NCBI RefSeq assembly: GCF_006345805.1
Contig: NC_043013.1
Location: 41,540,001 to 41,604,000 of the forward strand
Reading direction: 5' to 3'
Length of the DNA stretch: 64,000 bases
Source: Octopus sinensis
Lineage: Eukaryota
Part shown: in pieces, positions 13,216-26,625 of the stretch
How positions within the stretch are numbered: position 1 is the first letter of the stretch
Layout: each line of letters starts with the position of its first letter
Position numbers and translations under genes: made by a program
Notes under the pieces: model-generated
Database searches by the model: none
What the model was told of the DNA's origin: nothing
What the model saw: only the letters and a program-made list of their open reading frames with translations

Positions 13216-13961
13216 GATTAAATTCAAATTACGATGAACGTAAACAAACAAACGAATTTACGTTAGAATCGTTGAGATGTCTTAGAAAGTTAAAGAAGTT
13301 ATTTTAAATTCTCAAACGCAGGATAATGCTAATAATATAGCCTGAACAGGATAAGCTACCCTTGTTTTGCAGAAAAAAGGGTTGGCGGCCGATTGACTTA
13401 ATTACTTCAGTTTTAACATCATTTGCTTCCAAAATGTGACCTTGCGCAGCAAATTTATAATCTTATATATATACTCCCTTAAGTATCTATTTTTAGCTAT
13501 CCTTACTGACCACTGAACTAAATATTCTTTCTGACCACACCGAATCTAGAATTCATCTATTTAATTAATACCCATAAATGCTTTCCCTCCTTCACTTTAC
13601 CAAAACCTTAATGCCAGACCTCTCACCCCGAACCGACCCTAACGAAAAATAAGACTGACATCCTATCTTAATGTTTTTTTTTTTTTTCTATTTTTGATTC
13701 TGATTTTATTTTACTTCGCTCTCATTCTTTCCCCGCACCTATCCCATTCCTTTTTCTCTCTTTCTCCCTTCTCCTCTATTTACTCATTCAAACTCATATC
13801 TGTCTCTCATAATGTCTGTCGTTCTCACTCAATATACCCACGTGGACCATTTCCCTACTGGCTAACCACTTAATTCTATTCTTTCAACATGAACGCCACA
13901 TTTGAAATACCGCCAAAATATTACCAGAATTTACCTGGGATTATACTTAAGGACTTATACC

Positions 13962-14846
13962 GGATCTTTTCAATTCTGAAGCCAGTTTTTTCAAATTTTT
14001 CCTACTGAACCAAACAATTTGAAACTTCGTATACTGGTAGAATGTGTCAAAAGTAAACTTAATTGTAAACCAGAATGAAAACGGAATTGTAACTTCTAAG
14101 TTTAACGTTGTTTAATAATTAGAATTTTAACCAATGATATTCCGTCATTCGGCTTTATTTTATTTGCTCCGTCTCGACCACCAATTTGGTGACGTATTAA
14201 ACATCTTAAATGTAAACAAGCCGCATGTCTCCGTGAAATCTCCTAATTATTTAACGTACTCATGTTTCCATGATCCTATAGTCAGCCACCTTCTAATAAC
14301 AATATTTAAAACTAGTTAATAAGCCACATGTATTAAATTGAAAATGTTTCCATTCTGTTAGTACTTGCTTTCGTTTGCTATTAAGAAGTGGCATCTCAGT
14401 GACGAGGCTTCTAACAAGATTTCGTTTCTAAGCTAATGCGTTTCATTTCACTTATTGTATTTATTTGTGCAAAAGGCAAGAAATTTAATATTAAAAAAGC
14501 AAAGAGCTGGCAGAAACGTTAGCACGCCGGGCGAAATGCGTAGCCGTATTTCGTCTGCCGTTACGTTCTGTGTTTGTTTACAGTTTTCCGAACGTTAGTA
14601 CGTCACAAAAGCGCTTTCTACGTCACACTAATAGAATGCAGTCAAGTTTTACACATGAAAACAAACAATCTGATTGGTTAAAATTCGCAGTTTTAATCTA
14701 CGATTAAAGTCATAAAATAGATTTTTCTCAAATAAACTAGTTCCAACCTGTGTCTTGTTTTGCTAGACTCTATCAGCATACGAAGTTTCAGAATATTTAG
14801 TTAAGTAGAAAGATCTGTGGTCCTGGCTTCAGAATTGAAAAGATCC
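13962..14846. mobile_element. MITE-like non-autonomous DNA transposon with long imperfect TIRs
   Basis: ggatcttttcaattctgaagccag and ctggcttcagaattgaaaagatcc are exact inverted repeats. Inner inverted matches include gaaacttcgtat and gaattttaaccaat. A SINE A head is embedded at ~14505-14568. Confidence 0.8.
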
Positions 14847-14855
14847 CTTATACCT

Positions 14856-15088
14856 CTTTCTTTACTGCCCACAAGGGGCTAAACACAGAATGGACAAACA
14901 AGGACAGACAAATCGATTAAATCGATTACATCGACCCCAGTACGTAACTGGTACTTATTTAATCGACCCCGAAAGGATGAAAGGCAAAGTCGACCTCGGC
15001 GGAATTTGAACTCAGAATGTAACGGCAGACAAAATACGGCTACGCATTTCGCCCGGCGTGCTAACGTTTCTGCCAGCTCGCCGCCTTA
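14856..15088 (-). mobile_element. SINE family A, full length
   Basis: Complete reverse copy; ccttata occurs on both sides as a possible TSD. Confidence 0.95.
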
Positions 15089-15208
15089 TATGAGCTGTGA
15101 ACTTTATTCTCTTGTCTCTATCCTCTCTTTATTCTTTCTACTGTTTTATTCCTTTATAAACTGCGAATTCCCTATCTAGAACTTTCATACATGCTCACCT
15201 TGTCTCTG

Positions 15209-15248
15209 ATGATGGAATACTCTGTGTAGAGAGAGAGCTATAAGATAT
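15209..15248 (+). ncRNA. Degenerate HHR-like remnant
   Basis: gtct CTGATGA tgg... followed by agctataagat. The GAAA half is lost. Confidence 0.3.
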
Positions 15249-15524
15249 CCAATAATTAATTACTCCAAATTCACCCTACTTTAATTAAATATTCTAAATG
15301 ACTTGAGGTATTTGTCCTGCCTTGGTTTTTGTTGTCTTTTTCCCTTTAATATATATACCTGCTTAACTCGGAAGCCTAGTACGGATCCTTAGCTCCAGCC
15401 TTAGATGAAAACTTGGAACGTAGCTAATAACCAGTTATAGCACTTACACAGCATATCTGTTTCGATCACCAGTGAACTAAACCACTCAAATATATCTCTC
15501 TTCTCTTCTTTCTCTCTCTCTCTC

Positions 15525-15580
<56 letters not shown>

Positions 15581-16256
15581 GATATATATATATATATATA
15601 TATATATCTCTTATGATAATCTTATGATAAAAGGCAGATTTCCTCTGCCTCTGACATAGTTTGTTTTTAATACAATTGTACAATATAGAATTTCTTCAAT
15701 TGGAATTTACCTATGACTTTTCGAAGTAGATTCAATTGGGTCAAGGCATATACATTTTTTTCAATTTCACCCCCAATTAAGGAAAAATTCCAGAAAACTC
15801 AATATTTTACGATTTGCCTCTCTCATTTCAAATGCTTTACTCCTGCTATTACGACACTTTCTCCTACTTTCTCTTTGCCAGTGTATACCACTATCATATC
15901 CTCTTTCTGCAACTCTTATTCAACATCACACATTCTGCTACTTTCTCTTATTAATGCTTAAACTAATCCTCAAAACAAAAAGGAAACAGAGATCTGTCGC
16001 TAACTTTTTGTAGTATTCATTGCCGAGCGTACTTCAGTTGTCAATCGCTGAAAGAAAGAAATTGTAAGCTAAGAAGGTGTGTGTGTGTGTATGTGTGCGT
16101 GTGTGCGTTTGTGTGTGTGTGTGTGTGTGAGAGTGTGTGTGTGTGTGTGTGTAGGAAGTGAAGGATAAAAATATGGCAAGAAGTGGACAGATGTACATAT
16201 ATACATACATAGATCCATACATACATACATGTGTGTGTATTAATGTGTGTGTGTTA

Positions 16257-16643
16257 TCTCTTTATATATAAAGCTGAAGTTGTCTGTGTGCGGCAGGTTT
16301 GGTAGCCTTCAACTAACACTATCTCCTCCGAAACCCTGCGACGCAAGTTGACCAAAATTGAGAGTATGATAGAAGTGTCGTTCTTCCTTCCGTAGAAGAT
16401 AAAATTCAAATCGGACCATGTTAACACCAAAAATTATTTACATCAAAAAGGTGCTTTTTTCTATGAAAATCCCTATTTTTTACGATTTTTTCACTGCTAT
16501 GTCGCCACTTTTCGGTGTATTTCAACACAAGAAAATGTTCACTTGAAGAGAATAACAAGCTACATATGCAAATGTTTACTTTTCAAAAATTCCAATTCCA
16601 GCGGGTCGAAACAAACCCGAGCAACGCCGGGAAATACTGCTAG
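16257..16643 (+). mobile_element. Complete non-autonomous Helitron (387 bp)
   Basis: A|TC 5' end (tctctttatatataaa), subterminal hairpin cccgagcaacgccggg, CTAG|T 3' end, no TSD. Confidence 0.9.
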
Positions 16644-16880
16644 TATATATATACATATATAACCGAGACTATGTCTGGGAAGTTGGTACCTGATTGTATA
16701 TAATTCAGTGTGTGGTTCTCGATATGTTCCTGTACGTTTTTTTTTTGTGTGTGTAGGGTGGTGCTTGTGCCTGTGTGTGCGTGCGCATGTAAGTGTGCGT
16801 GTGTGTATGTTTACGTGACACAGAGACGCATACACACACACATTATATATATACTATATATATATACTATATATATATAT

Positions 16881-17036
16881 ATACGACGAGTTTCTTTCAG
16901 TTTCCGTCTACCAAATCCACTCACAAGGCCTTGGTCGGCCCGAGGCTACAGTAGAAGACACTTGCCCAAAGTGCCACGCAATGGGACTGAACCCGGAACC
17001 ACGTGGTTGGTAAGCAAGCTACTTACCACACAGCCA

Positions 17037-17038
<2 letters not shown>
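16881..17038 (-). mobile_element. SINE family C, 5' part
   Basis: Matches 12390-12535. Confidence 0.9.
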
Positions 17039-17071
<33 letters not shown>

Positions 17072-17248
17072 AATCAAATCGACGCTAATGATTGACTGGA
17101 AGTTTTTATTTCGCCGATCTCGCAAAGATCAAAGTGAAATTTAACATAGACGAGATTTGAACTCGGAACGTAAACAGACATAACAATATACCACACACGA
17201 ATGATGAACGACCATTCAACTCTGATCATTCAACAATACTTAAACCCA

Positions 17249-17636
17249 GTGGAGGCGCAATGGCCCAGTGGTTAGGGCAGCGGACTCGTGGTCATAGGAT
17301 CGCGGTTTCAATTCCCAGACCGGGCGTTGTGAATGTCTATTGAGCGAAAACACCTAAAGCTCCACGAGGCTCCGGCAGGGATGGTGGTGATCCCTGCTGT
17401 ACTCTTTCACCATAACTTTCTTTCACTCTTACTTCCTGTTTCTGTTGTACCTGTATTTCAAGGGGTCGGCCTTGTCACTCTCTGTGTCACGCTGAATATC
17501 CCCGAGAACTACGTTAAGGGTGCACGTGTCTGTGGAGTGCTCAGCCACTTACACGTTAATTTCACGAGCAGGCTGTTCCGTTTGATTCGGATCAACCGGA
17601 ACCCTCGTCATCATAACCGACGGAGTGCTTCCATCC
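17249..17636 (+). mobile_element. SINE family B (tRNA-Arg-like head), full length with 11-bp TSD
   Basis: Head ggcgcaatggcccagtggttagggcagcggactcg...ggtttcaattcccagacc; TSD acttaaaccca at 17238-17248 and 17637-17647. Confidence 0.95.
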
Positions 17637-17911
17637 ACTTAAACCCAACTGCATTCTTTTATACAGCGGAATGTAGTTTGAGATATATTTGGCTGCTATT
17701 TGTAATCGTTCAAGTGACCTCCTAGGGGCTCTTTCATTTGCTCGATCTCAATCTCCGCAGCGGTGGTCGTGTTACGGTTGCTCCTAATCCTATATAGTTT
17801 TACTTAACCGATTTATCTCTGCAGTACAGTTAAAATAACTAGATTTACTTGATCGCGTCTGATGATATAGGTGAGTTTTTGTTCTTTTTTCCTTCCTGTC
17901 TATATATATAT

Positions 17912-17989
<78 letters not shown>

Positions 17990-18293
17990 ACAAACAATCG
18001 CTGTAGGTTAAAGATAAGTCTACGGAATAGTAATCCTTTCAATATTCGAACAGACCATCTTAAACTAAATAATATAAGTCTTAAAATACACCGAAAAGTA
18101 GAAAAAAAAATATCAAAGAAAAATCAATGTGAAATAATAAATAAATAAATAAATAAATGGATAAATTTCTGCATACGTTATGTTTTCTATAGTTTCTACA
18201 AGCTTCTCCTGTATCGTATGAAAGAAAAAAAGAGAAAGTCACAGATTAAAGAGTTGAAACCAAGATAAAAACAGGGGAGACAATAATAATAAT

Positions 18294-18355
<62 letters not shown>

Positions 18356-18566
18356 TAACAATAATAATAACAATAATAATAATAATAATAAAAATTAATA
18401 ATAATAATAATGATGATGATAATAATAATGATAATAATAATAGTAATACTAGTAATAGTAATAATAATAGTAATAATAATAATAATAATAATTGGAATTT
18501 TAGTAGCCGTGAGGAGAATTCAACAAACGAATATACTTTAGACGATAATGGTTTGTCGAAATACAC

Positions 18567-18608
<42 letters not shown>

Positions 18609-18619
18609 ATGTACGTGAG

Positions 18620-19440
18620 TTTGTGTGTATGAGTGTGAGTGTGTGTGTATTTGTGTGTGTATATGTGCATATGTATGTGTGTACGCGTCTAGCTATATAT
18701 ATATGTGTGCGTGTATATTTGCAGGAATGGATGTATGCGTATAGGTATGTGTGTGTGAGTGTATATTTGTACGTGCATATATATAGCTGTGTGCGCATCT
18801 AAATATATGTATGTGTATATAATTGTATGTATGTAGGTAGGTGTGTGTGTATGTGTATTTGCATGTATGGATGTATGCATATAAGTATGTGTGTGTGTAT
18901 ATATATATAGGTATATTTGTGTGCGAGTGTGTATTTGTACGTGCATATATATATGTGCGCATCTAAATACATATGTATTTTTATATAATTATAGGTATGT
19001 ATGTAGGTGTGTGTGTGTGGATTTGCATGTATGGATGTATGTATATAAGTATATGTGTATATATATAGGTATATGTGTGTGAGTGTATTTGTACGTGCAT
19101 ATATATAGCTGTGTGCGCATCTAATATATATGTGTGTGTATATAATTATAGGTATGTATGTAGGTGTGTGTGTGTGGATTTGCATGTATGGATGTATGTA
19201 TATAAGTATGTGTGTGTATATATATAGGTATATTTGTGTGCGAGTGTGTATTTGTACGTGCATATATCTATGTGCGCATCTAAATACATATGTATGTGTA
19301 TATAATTATAGGTATGTATGTAGGTGCGTGTGTGTGGATTTGCATGTATGGATGTATGTATATATATAGGTATATTTGTGAGCGAGTGTGTAGTTGTACG
19401 TGCATATATCTATGTGCGCATATAAATACATATGTGTATA
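18620..19440. repeat. Minisatellite of ~140-170 bp units built from CA/TA microsatellite
   Basis: The gtacgtgcatat block recurs near 18760, 18930, 19085, 19245 and 19390. Confidence 0.9.
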
Positions 19441-20744
19441 TAATTGTATGTATTTATGTATGTATATTTGTTAAACCAATTCATGTCTGTGTTATTCGTA
19501 TACATGCCACTGGCCAGTCTGCGGTCTTTCAGCTCATTTCCGTTTTATATATCTGTGTACTTTGACTGCGTGTGTGTATGTGTGTGTGTGTGTGTGTGTT
19601 TGCGTTTATGAAGTGTTATACATGAAAAAAGAGTTAAGCATTAATCGAAAGATCATATGAAAACATTTAAGTAAAGAGTCAAACATTTTTACGCGGAAAA
19701 AGTTGACCGTCATTTGCCAGTTTGTGCCGTCCGCCATTTTACAGTCTGGCGAAGCCAACAAACAACAAAACTTTGAAGACACTCATATCTTTGCGAACAT
19801 ATATATCTGTGTGTGTGTATGTGTGTCTGTGCCTGTGTGTGCGTGTATGTTTGTGTCTAAATGTATGTGTGAGTGTGTGTGTGTGTGATTGTATGTTTGT
19901 GTCTAAATGTATGTGAGTGTGTGTGTGTGATTGTATATTTGTGTCTAAATGTATGTGTGAGTGGTGTGTGTGTGTGTGTGTAAGTGTGAATGTGTTTGCG
20001 TTTGTGTGCGTTTGTCTGTGTGTGTGTGTGTATGTTTGTGCTTAAATGTATGTGTGAGTGCGCGTGTGTGTGTAAGTATGAATGTGTTTGCATTTGTGTG
20101 TGTATGTGTATGTGTGTTTTTGTGTAAATGTATGTGTGAGTGTGTAAATGTATGAGTTTGTGTGTAAATATATGTGTGAGTGTGTAAATGCATGTGTGTG
20201 TTTGTTAAAGAGAGAGAGTGTATACATATATACGTACTTATTATATACACATGTATACGTAGAAGCAAATACAAAAATGTGTGTGTATATTCACACATAC
20301 ATACACATACATACGTGTACACACGGACGCACACACAGACACACACACACACACACACGTACACACAACACACACATAATCTCAGAAAGGTAACGTTTAA
20401 TTGCATACCAAATGACCGAATGTTCACACAATACTGTTAATTGCATATGCCAATAAAGTCAACTTAATTAAATGGTCTAACAGAAACAAATGCATTAGAA
20501 TAAAAAACTATTTTAAACTGTGATGAAATATAATATATTAAATAAACATTGAAAGGGTTTCATTTGAGATGATTCAATTTCCTAAAGTTTCCAATTTCAT
20601 GTCCTTGAAATCGCAGTCATCAGACGTTTTGTTTCGCAAACAACTAATGTTAAAAAGACCAGATACATTTCAAGTTAAGTATGCAATATCAGTGAGTTAA
20701 CACTATGGAAGCTCAGATTCCGTCGTTATTTTTTATCTAAGGCA

Positions 20745-21900
20745 TTGGGTAGACCGTCGATACTTGGAGGCTGTCCTCATAGCGGCTGGTTTCGGTCCCG
20801 TCTTCCGCAGCTGGATAGCTGCGTTGTACAGAGCCATCCGTTCGGTATTTCGCGTGAACGGGCCTCTAACGAGACCTTTCGACATTGCACTTTCGGTCCG
20901 TCAGGGATGCTTTCTCTCGTCGCATCTGTACGTATTGACTCTCGAGCCACTACTACCCTCCTTTTAGCAGGTGTTGGCAGCAAACGGATCGCCCGACTTT
21001 CGGAACGTTTCCTTTCCTCAAGAAGCGGAAGAGGATGCGTTCCAATTTGGTGATGGTAGGGTCAGGACAAGGCACGACGGTCAGACGGTAGTAGATGACG
21101 GACGTGACAGCCTTGTCGACAAGTTTCTCGAGGACAAACGCCAACCTGTTAGCAAACACCTTGGCCAAAATTTTCAAATCTTCACTGAACAGAGTAATGG
21201 GCCTAAAGTTATCTATTACGTTCTCCTTCTTTGGATCTTTCTTCAGCGGCATTACAGCTCCTCCGCTCACAAAACCGGGGAGGCTCCCGTTTTGCTACCA
21301 GTTGCAGTACACTGCTGCCAAGACGTCTCCAAACAAGTCTGGCATACAACTCTAACGCTCGTAGTGCAGACCATCCAAACCCGGCGATTTGTCCATCGAG
21401 CATTCTGCCATCGCGTCCCGCACGTCCGCCGCCGTGATGGCATCTTCGCAACACTCTGCCTCTCTTGCCGAGAGTCGTAGCAGGCTAAGCAAGTAGACAT
21501 TGAAGTCCACCCTGCTTTCTCGCTCGCCACTCGTCCCGAACAGTCGAGCAAAATGCTGCTGAAAGGTCTCATACATTTTACCGGGCTCGACTAATTCGCG
21601 CTCCTGTTCATCCACCAGAGACCGAATGGTAGCTTTGTTGCCCTGTTGCGCCTCCGTCACCCGAGCCTCCTGTTGTACCTCCGCCACCCTAGCCCTGACA
21701 GTACATCCTTCGTGTTTGGCGTTGAAATGTTGGTCGAGGGCCAACCTCGCCGCCAAAACATCGGATGCGATGCCACTTCTAATTGCCTCTTCTAGCTTTT
21801 TAACTAAATCATCCTCTATTCTGTTTCTGTCTATTGATAGCGCTTTGCTATGCCTAATCGCTTCAGCTGTTGTTGCTCCCTTGAGGGCAAAACACCATTT
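20745..21900 (-). mobile_element. L1/Tx1-like LINE ORF2 remnant, internally rearranged
   Basis: Minus strand: KSPGLDGL, NFRPITLFSEDLKILAKVFANRL, then post-RT YYRLTVVPCP...GG. Plus strand 20745-20951: VRQGCFLSSHLYVLTLEPLL (RT QG motif). Confidence 0.92.
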
Positions 21901-22050
21901 GTTGTTGATGATGGCTCCCGCTAAGTTATGGGGACGTAAACACACCAACACTGGTTGTGAAGCAGTGGTGAGGGACACACACTCATACATACAAGCACAC
22001 ACACACACACACACACACGCAAACACACACACACAAACACACACACACAT

Positions 22051-22101
<51 letters not shown>

Positions 22102-22167
22102 TATTGATAGAATATAAGACACAAAAGAATGAAACAAACCTTGATATTATGTAAGTATATATATATA

Positions 22168-22202
<35 letters not shown>

Positions 22203-22209
22203 ATCACAC

Positions 22210-22370
22210 ACACGACGGCCTTCTTTCAGTTTCTGCCTACCAAGTCCATTCACAAGGCTATGGTCTGTACGAGGCTAGATTAGAAGACACTTGACCCAAG
22301 ATACCATGTTGTGAAACTGAACCTGGAACCATGTGTTTGGGAAGCAAACTTCTTACCACAGCCACGTCTT
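22210..22370 (-). mobile_element. SINE family C, diverged 5' part
   Basis: ggccttctttcagtttctgcctacc...agaagacacttgacccaag...cttaccacagccac. Confidence 0.85.
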
Positions 22371-22882
22371 CAGTTTCGTAGCTAAAATGTATAGGTAAAT
22401 TGTAGAGAAAATTTGATAAATACGATAGTTATGAATTAAGATTAAGAAGTAAATGGATGTAATGTGATTGCTTTTCTCTTCGATTACATTAGCCTCTGAT
22501 TTAACCTAAATATGTTATTCTTAACCTATATTACGCTTATTGAGTAATTCAATGGCTGCTGGATGGCGGAATCGTTAGCACGCTGGACAAACTGCGTAGC
22601 GGAAATTCATCCGTCTTTACTGGTAAGTAAACATAAGCACACACCATACCACCACCCCACACACACACCTTGTGTGTGTGTTTATAGATTATATATATAT
22701 AATATATATATATATATACATACACACCACACATATATACACACCCACACAACACACACACATATATAGTATATATATATATTATATATATATATATATA
22801 TTATATATACATCACAACACACATATATACAACACACACACACACACACACATATATATATTTATAATATAATAGTATATAT

Positions 22883-22913
<31 letters not shown>

Positions 22914-23071
22914 ATCAGGATGTTAAATTCATTCATTTGTTTCTATGTGATTATCTCGAAAAGTATCGGTATTATAACATTTTGTTTTTGCTATATTCTC
23001 CCTCTACAATTTTTATTGATCGTCTTTGAAATACTCAGAAATAAGTGTTACCTATTTTCGCACATATCACG

Positions 23072-23385
23072 ATGGAGTGCCTAGCAAAGAAAAAGGATTT
23101 TCGATGTCTGTTCTTCCCTGTTAACCAACGTTCTAAATCTGCCAAAGCCGATCGAGACATTTGTGTTGTGTACGAAGGTGACGCTGTCACTAAAGCAATT
23201 GCACAGTTTTTCACTCTTGAAGGAGGGAACATTCGACCTGACAATCTTTTCGCGTTCTAACCGGCCTGTACAGTTCGATGGGGAACGACAGAGGGTGCTC
23301 AGCTACGAGGATCCACGCCAATCCACTAGGAAATTGGCCCTGCAGGGGAAATGCTTTTATGATACTGTCACCTGCATTTGACGTG
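23072..23385 (+). pseudogene. Mariner transposase N-terminal HTH remnant (second family)
   Basis: MECLAKKKDFRCLFF...DICVVYEG, then frameshifted LKEGTFDL...SRSNRPVQFD...EDPRQSTRKLA, typical of mariner DNA-binding domains. Confidence 0.8.
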
Positions 23386-23597
23386 TAAGGCCCACATATG
23401 TACCACACGCTCTGAACAAAGAATTCCAGCACCTTTCTATTGCCGCCAGCTTACTCATGGGCACAAGCAGATTTCTTTACCGCATCGTCACCGGTTCATC
23501 GAGAAAACCCAGCTGAAACAACTCAACAAGTGACACAGCGTGCTTCTTCAACACAACAACGCTTGACCCTATGTCGCTAATTTGACCAAAAATGTCA

Positions 23598-23906
23598 TTT
23601 GTTGTTGCTTGTGCTTTCTCGAGCCACGCCTGGCTCATAGGGCCAGTTTCTCGGTTTTCTTGGCGTGTAGGTTCCCTACCTGGACAGGACGCCGGTCCGT
23701 CGCAGGTGAGCTGCAAGATGCAAGAGGAAAGAGTGAGAAAGTTGTGGCGAAAGAGTCAGCAGAAGTTCGCCATTAACTTCTGCCTGAGCCACGTGGAGCT
23801 TAGGTGTTTTCGCTCATAAACACACACATCGCCCGGTCTGAGATTCGAACCCACGATCCCTCGACTACGAGTCCGCTGCTCTAACCACTAGGCCATGTGC
23901 CTCTAC
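23598..23906 (-). mobile_element. SINE family B variant (same tRNA-Arg-like head, different 3' tail)
   Basis: Minus strand: gaggcacatggcctagtggttagagcagcggactcg...gagcgaaaacacctaagctccacg. The tail diverges from 17249 after the central part. Confidence 0.88.
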
Positions 23907-24314
23907 AAAAATGTCATTTAAGTTCACCGAATTCTCCCGATAAAGCGGCTTCAGATTATGTTTTTGGTCGCTCTCCGACAGTTTGAGAGTTGATTCGTGC
24001 AACACGGCATGGAGCTGAAAACGTGGCACGATGAATTCATTCTATGGGTCAAAGATTCCTACACGTACATGCACTTTCACACACGGACATACAGATACAG
24101 GCAGGCAGATATACGATCATATGTCTTACACACAAACACAAACAACTCACAAAATACTAAAATATATATGAAATATATATATTTTTTTTTAATTATAAAA
24201 ATGCTTCATAGTTGTAACTCCCAGGTTTCCTGCATTGAAAGAGCCTGGTTAAGAGTCAATACGGTTACCTAGTACAGCACGTACACCTTGCAACTATGTT
24301 ATGACACCAGCCAG

Positions 24315-24543
24315 GTGGCGAGCTGGCAGAAACGTTAGCACACCGGGCGAAATACGTAGCCGTATTTCGTCTGCCGTTACGTTCTGAGTTCAAATTCCGC
24401 CGAGGTCGACTTTGCCTTTCATCCTTTCGGGGTCGATTAAATAAGTACCAGTTACGCACTGGGTCGATATAATCGACTTAATCCGTTTGTCTGTCCTTGT
24501 TTGTCCTCTCTGTGTTTAGCCCCTTGTGGGTAGTAAAGAAATA
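24315..24543 (+). mobile_element. SINE family A, full length with 17-bp TSD
   Basis: TSD gttatgacacca(g/a)ccag at 24298-24314 and 24544-24560. Confidence 0.96.
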
Positions 24544-25610
24544 GTTATGACACCAACCAGCATGAACTCAAAGGTTCATAAAACCGACTACATAATTTTA
24601 CTCTTTAATAAATTCTGATATAAATGAATAATTCTTATTCAAGTCCCGTCGAACTTAAACGGTAGATTTTGTAACCAGGTTCACATGAACAAATATTTAT
24701 ATATAATTTTTTATATTATACACTAATGTGATATAACTGAATCTATTCAGGAAACTTATCTTCCTCCTGCGGTTTCATTATCTAAGCATAACCGTTACTA
24801 GAGCACATTATGATCCAACTAACCAACCGTACTCTGTGCAGGCTGACTTACAATGAATCGACTACAACAAAGGGCCTTCGAGAGTAACAGTAGGGGACTC
24901 ACTCGCATTCAAACACGAATGGGCTGAGCAAATACTAAACTAATTTCTTCTAGGGAGGTCACTACGGAAAATGGGTGAAAAATCGTAGCAAGCCTATTCC
25001 TTTGGAACTTATATTTTCTCCTACACTAAGGACCACCGCTTGAGTATTGACAGCTCTCAAGATCGATACACGCTACTACAAAATTGCGTGCATATTTGTG
25101 TGTATGTGCGTGTGTGTCCATGTGCGTACGTGTGCGTGTTGTAAGTAGAATCAATTACTTACCTATCTTAAAAGTCGGTGAAATATATCAATGCTATGAA
25201 GACAAAACCGAATTACGCCTTCTATTTATAAGAAAAGGCGGCCGTTTATGACGTCATAATAGAACTATGGCAAATTATCAAACGGAATATACGAAACAAA
25301 GAAAATTACCTCACCGTATATTTCTTGAATTTTCTGAACAGAAAAATCAGCATTGAAATGAGCTCATAATAAAATATTCTTCAAACTTTTCTAAAATGTC
25401 TTCCTTCATAAAGATTTTACAATTTTAAACATTTTTATTTACTGCAACGGAAACGTACTATTTTTCAGAACAAAACTAAACAAAGAATCATAATCATTAG
25501 TCCAATGGATACTATGTGTTCAAAGAGTTTGATGGGTAAATTATTTTATAGACTCTGGAAGAATGAATGAGTGCTACACCCGTGGTAATATTACTGTTTT
25601 CATTCTTTAA

Positions 25611-25666
<56 letters not shown>

Positions 25667-25673
<7 letters not shown>

Positions 25674-25900
25674 ATTAGAGACGAAACCACTATTAGGCAA
25701 ATCAAACAATGAAAGACTTAAGCCAAACATATGATTAATTTATATTATTTAAATATGTAACAAGATTATTAAAAAATATAATTAATTATATTTTTAATAA
25801 TTTTGTTACATATTTAAATAATATAAATTAATCATATGTATTGGCTTAAGTCTTTCATTGTTTGATTTGCCTAATAGTGGTTTCGTCTCTAATTTAATAT
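25667..25900. repeat. 234-bp palindrome of a PLE pseudo-LTR-like repeat (family also at 29370-30055)
   Basis: Symmetric about 25783/25784. The right arm continues to ~25985 and matches 29375-29479 inverted and ~29985-30055 direct. Confidence 0.93.
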
Positions 25901-25980
25901 AATATAATATTTTACTATAAAATTGGATTCAATCCTAAATCTGATTTTTCCCTGTAAGTTTGGATTTATTCCCTAATATT

Positions 25981-26036
<56 letters not shown>

Positions 26037-26037
<1 letters not shown>

Positions 26038-26258
26038 AAAACAATTGCAGTGTGGAAGGTGTTTATAAGCCATTTAAGAAACACACAAAAGCCGTTAGAT
26101 TCACTTCAACATTTAAATTTAATTTGTCAAAATATTTTCGTCGCTTTGAAACCGCGACCTGTTCACTGACAAAACTTCGTGATGCATCATGAAGTGAAAC
26201 GGTTTTTGTGTATTTCTTAAATGGCTTTTATAAACACCTTCCACGCTGCAATTGTTTT
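26037..26258. repeat. Inverted-arm repeat insertion flanked by (TA)n
   Basis: aaaacaattgcagtgtggaaggtgtttataagccatttaagaaa and its reverse complement ending at 26258. Confidence 0.92.
26124..26172 (-). ncRNA. Minimal type I hammerhead motif with G3-C8 swap
   Basis: Minus strand: TTGTCA GTGAACA G GTCGC ggtttcaaa GCGAC GAA AATATT T TGACAA. Stem I is 6-7 bp, stem II 5 bp, stem III palindromic. Confidence 0.75.
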
Positions 26259-26338
26259 CGTTCCAGCACACGATCTCAGATCAAGTCACTCGCTATGCAA
26301 GTGCATCTCCTTAATATACATACATATATATATATACA

Positions 26339-26398
<60 letters not shown>

Positions 26399-26423
26399 AT
26401 ATATATATATGTATATATATATA

Positions 26424-26625
26424 CGAGCAAAAAAAACCCGTCCAATGGACGGTGCTGAGTTGTCAACATTTAAACCAAATTTTCTCAAAACCTCCGACCG
26501 TCCCATAGGCCTCCCCTTTGAGAAATACTGATTTAACCTAAATTTGAGCGCAATCGGATGGAGGATGCCCGAGATCCTAGAAGACACACACACACACACA
26601 CACACAACGGATTTTATATAATAGA
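26424..26625 (-). mobile_element. Mini non-autonomous Helitron (~200 bp)
   Basis: Minus strand starts TCTATTATATAAAA, has subterminal hairpin ccgtccattggacgg, and ends CTCG|T (CTAG variant). Confidence 0.75.

Noticed and set aside
15455-15480. CTGGTGA-TC-GAAAC on the minus strand, and a similar remnant near 30200
   Set aside because: The core is mutated and stem II or the cleavage triplet is missing.
17249-17325. tRNA-Arg genes at SINE B heads (also 50455, 62936, 23906)
   Set aside because: They continue into a shared SINE body, two have clear TSDs, and they lack a proper cloverleaf.
17333-17725. 130-aa ORF with a similar copy at 50539-50790
   Set aside because: It is an incidental frame through SINE family B.
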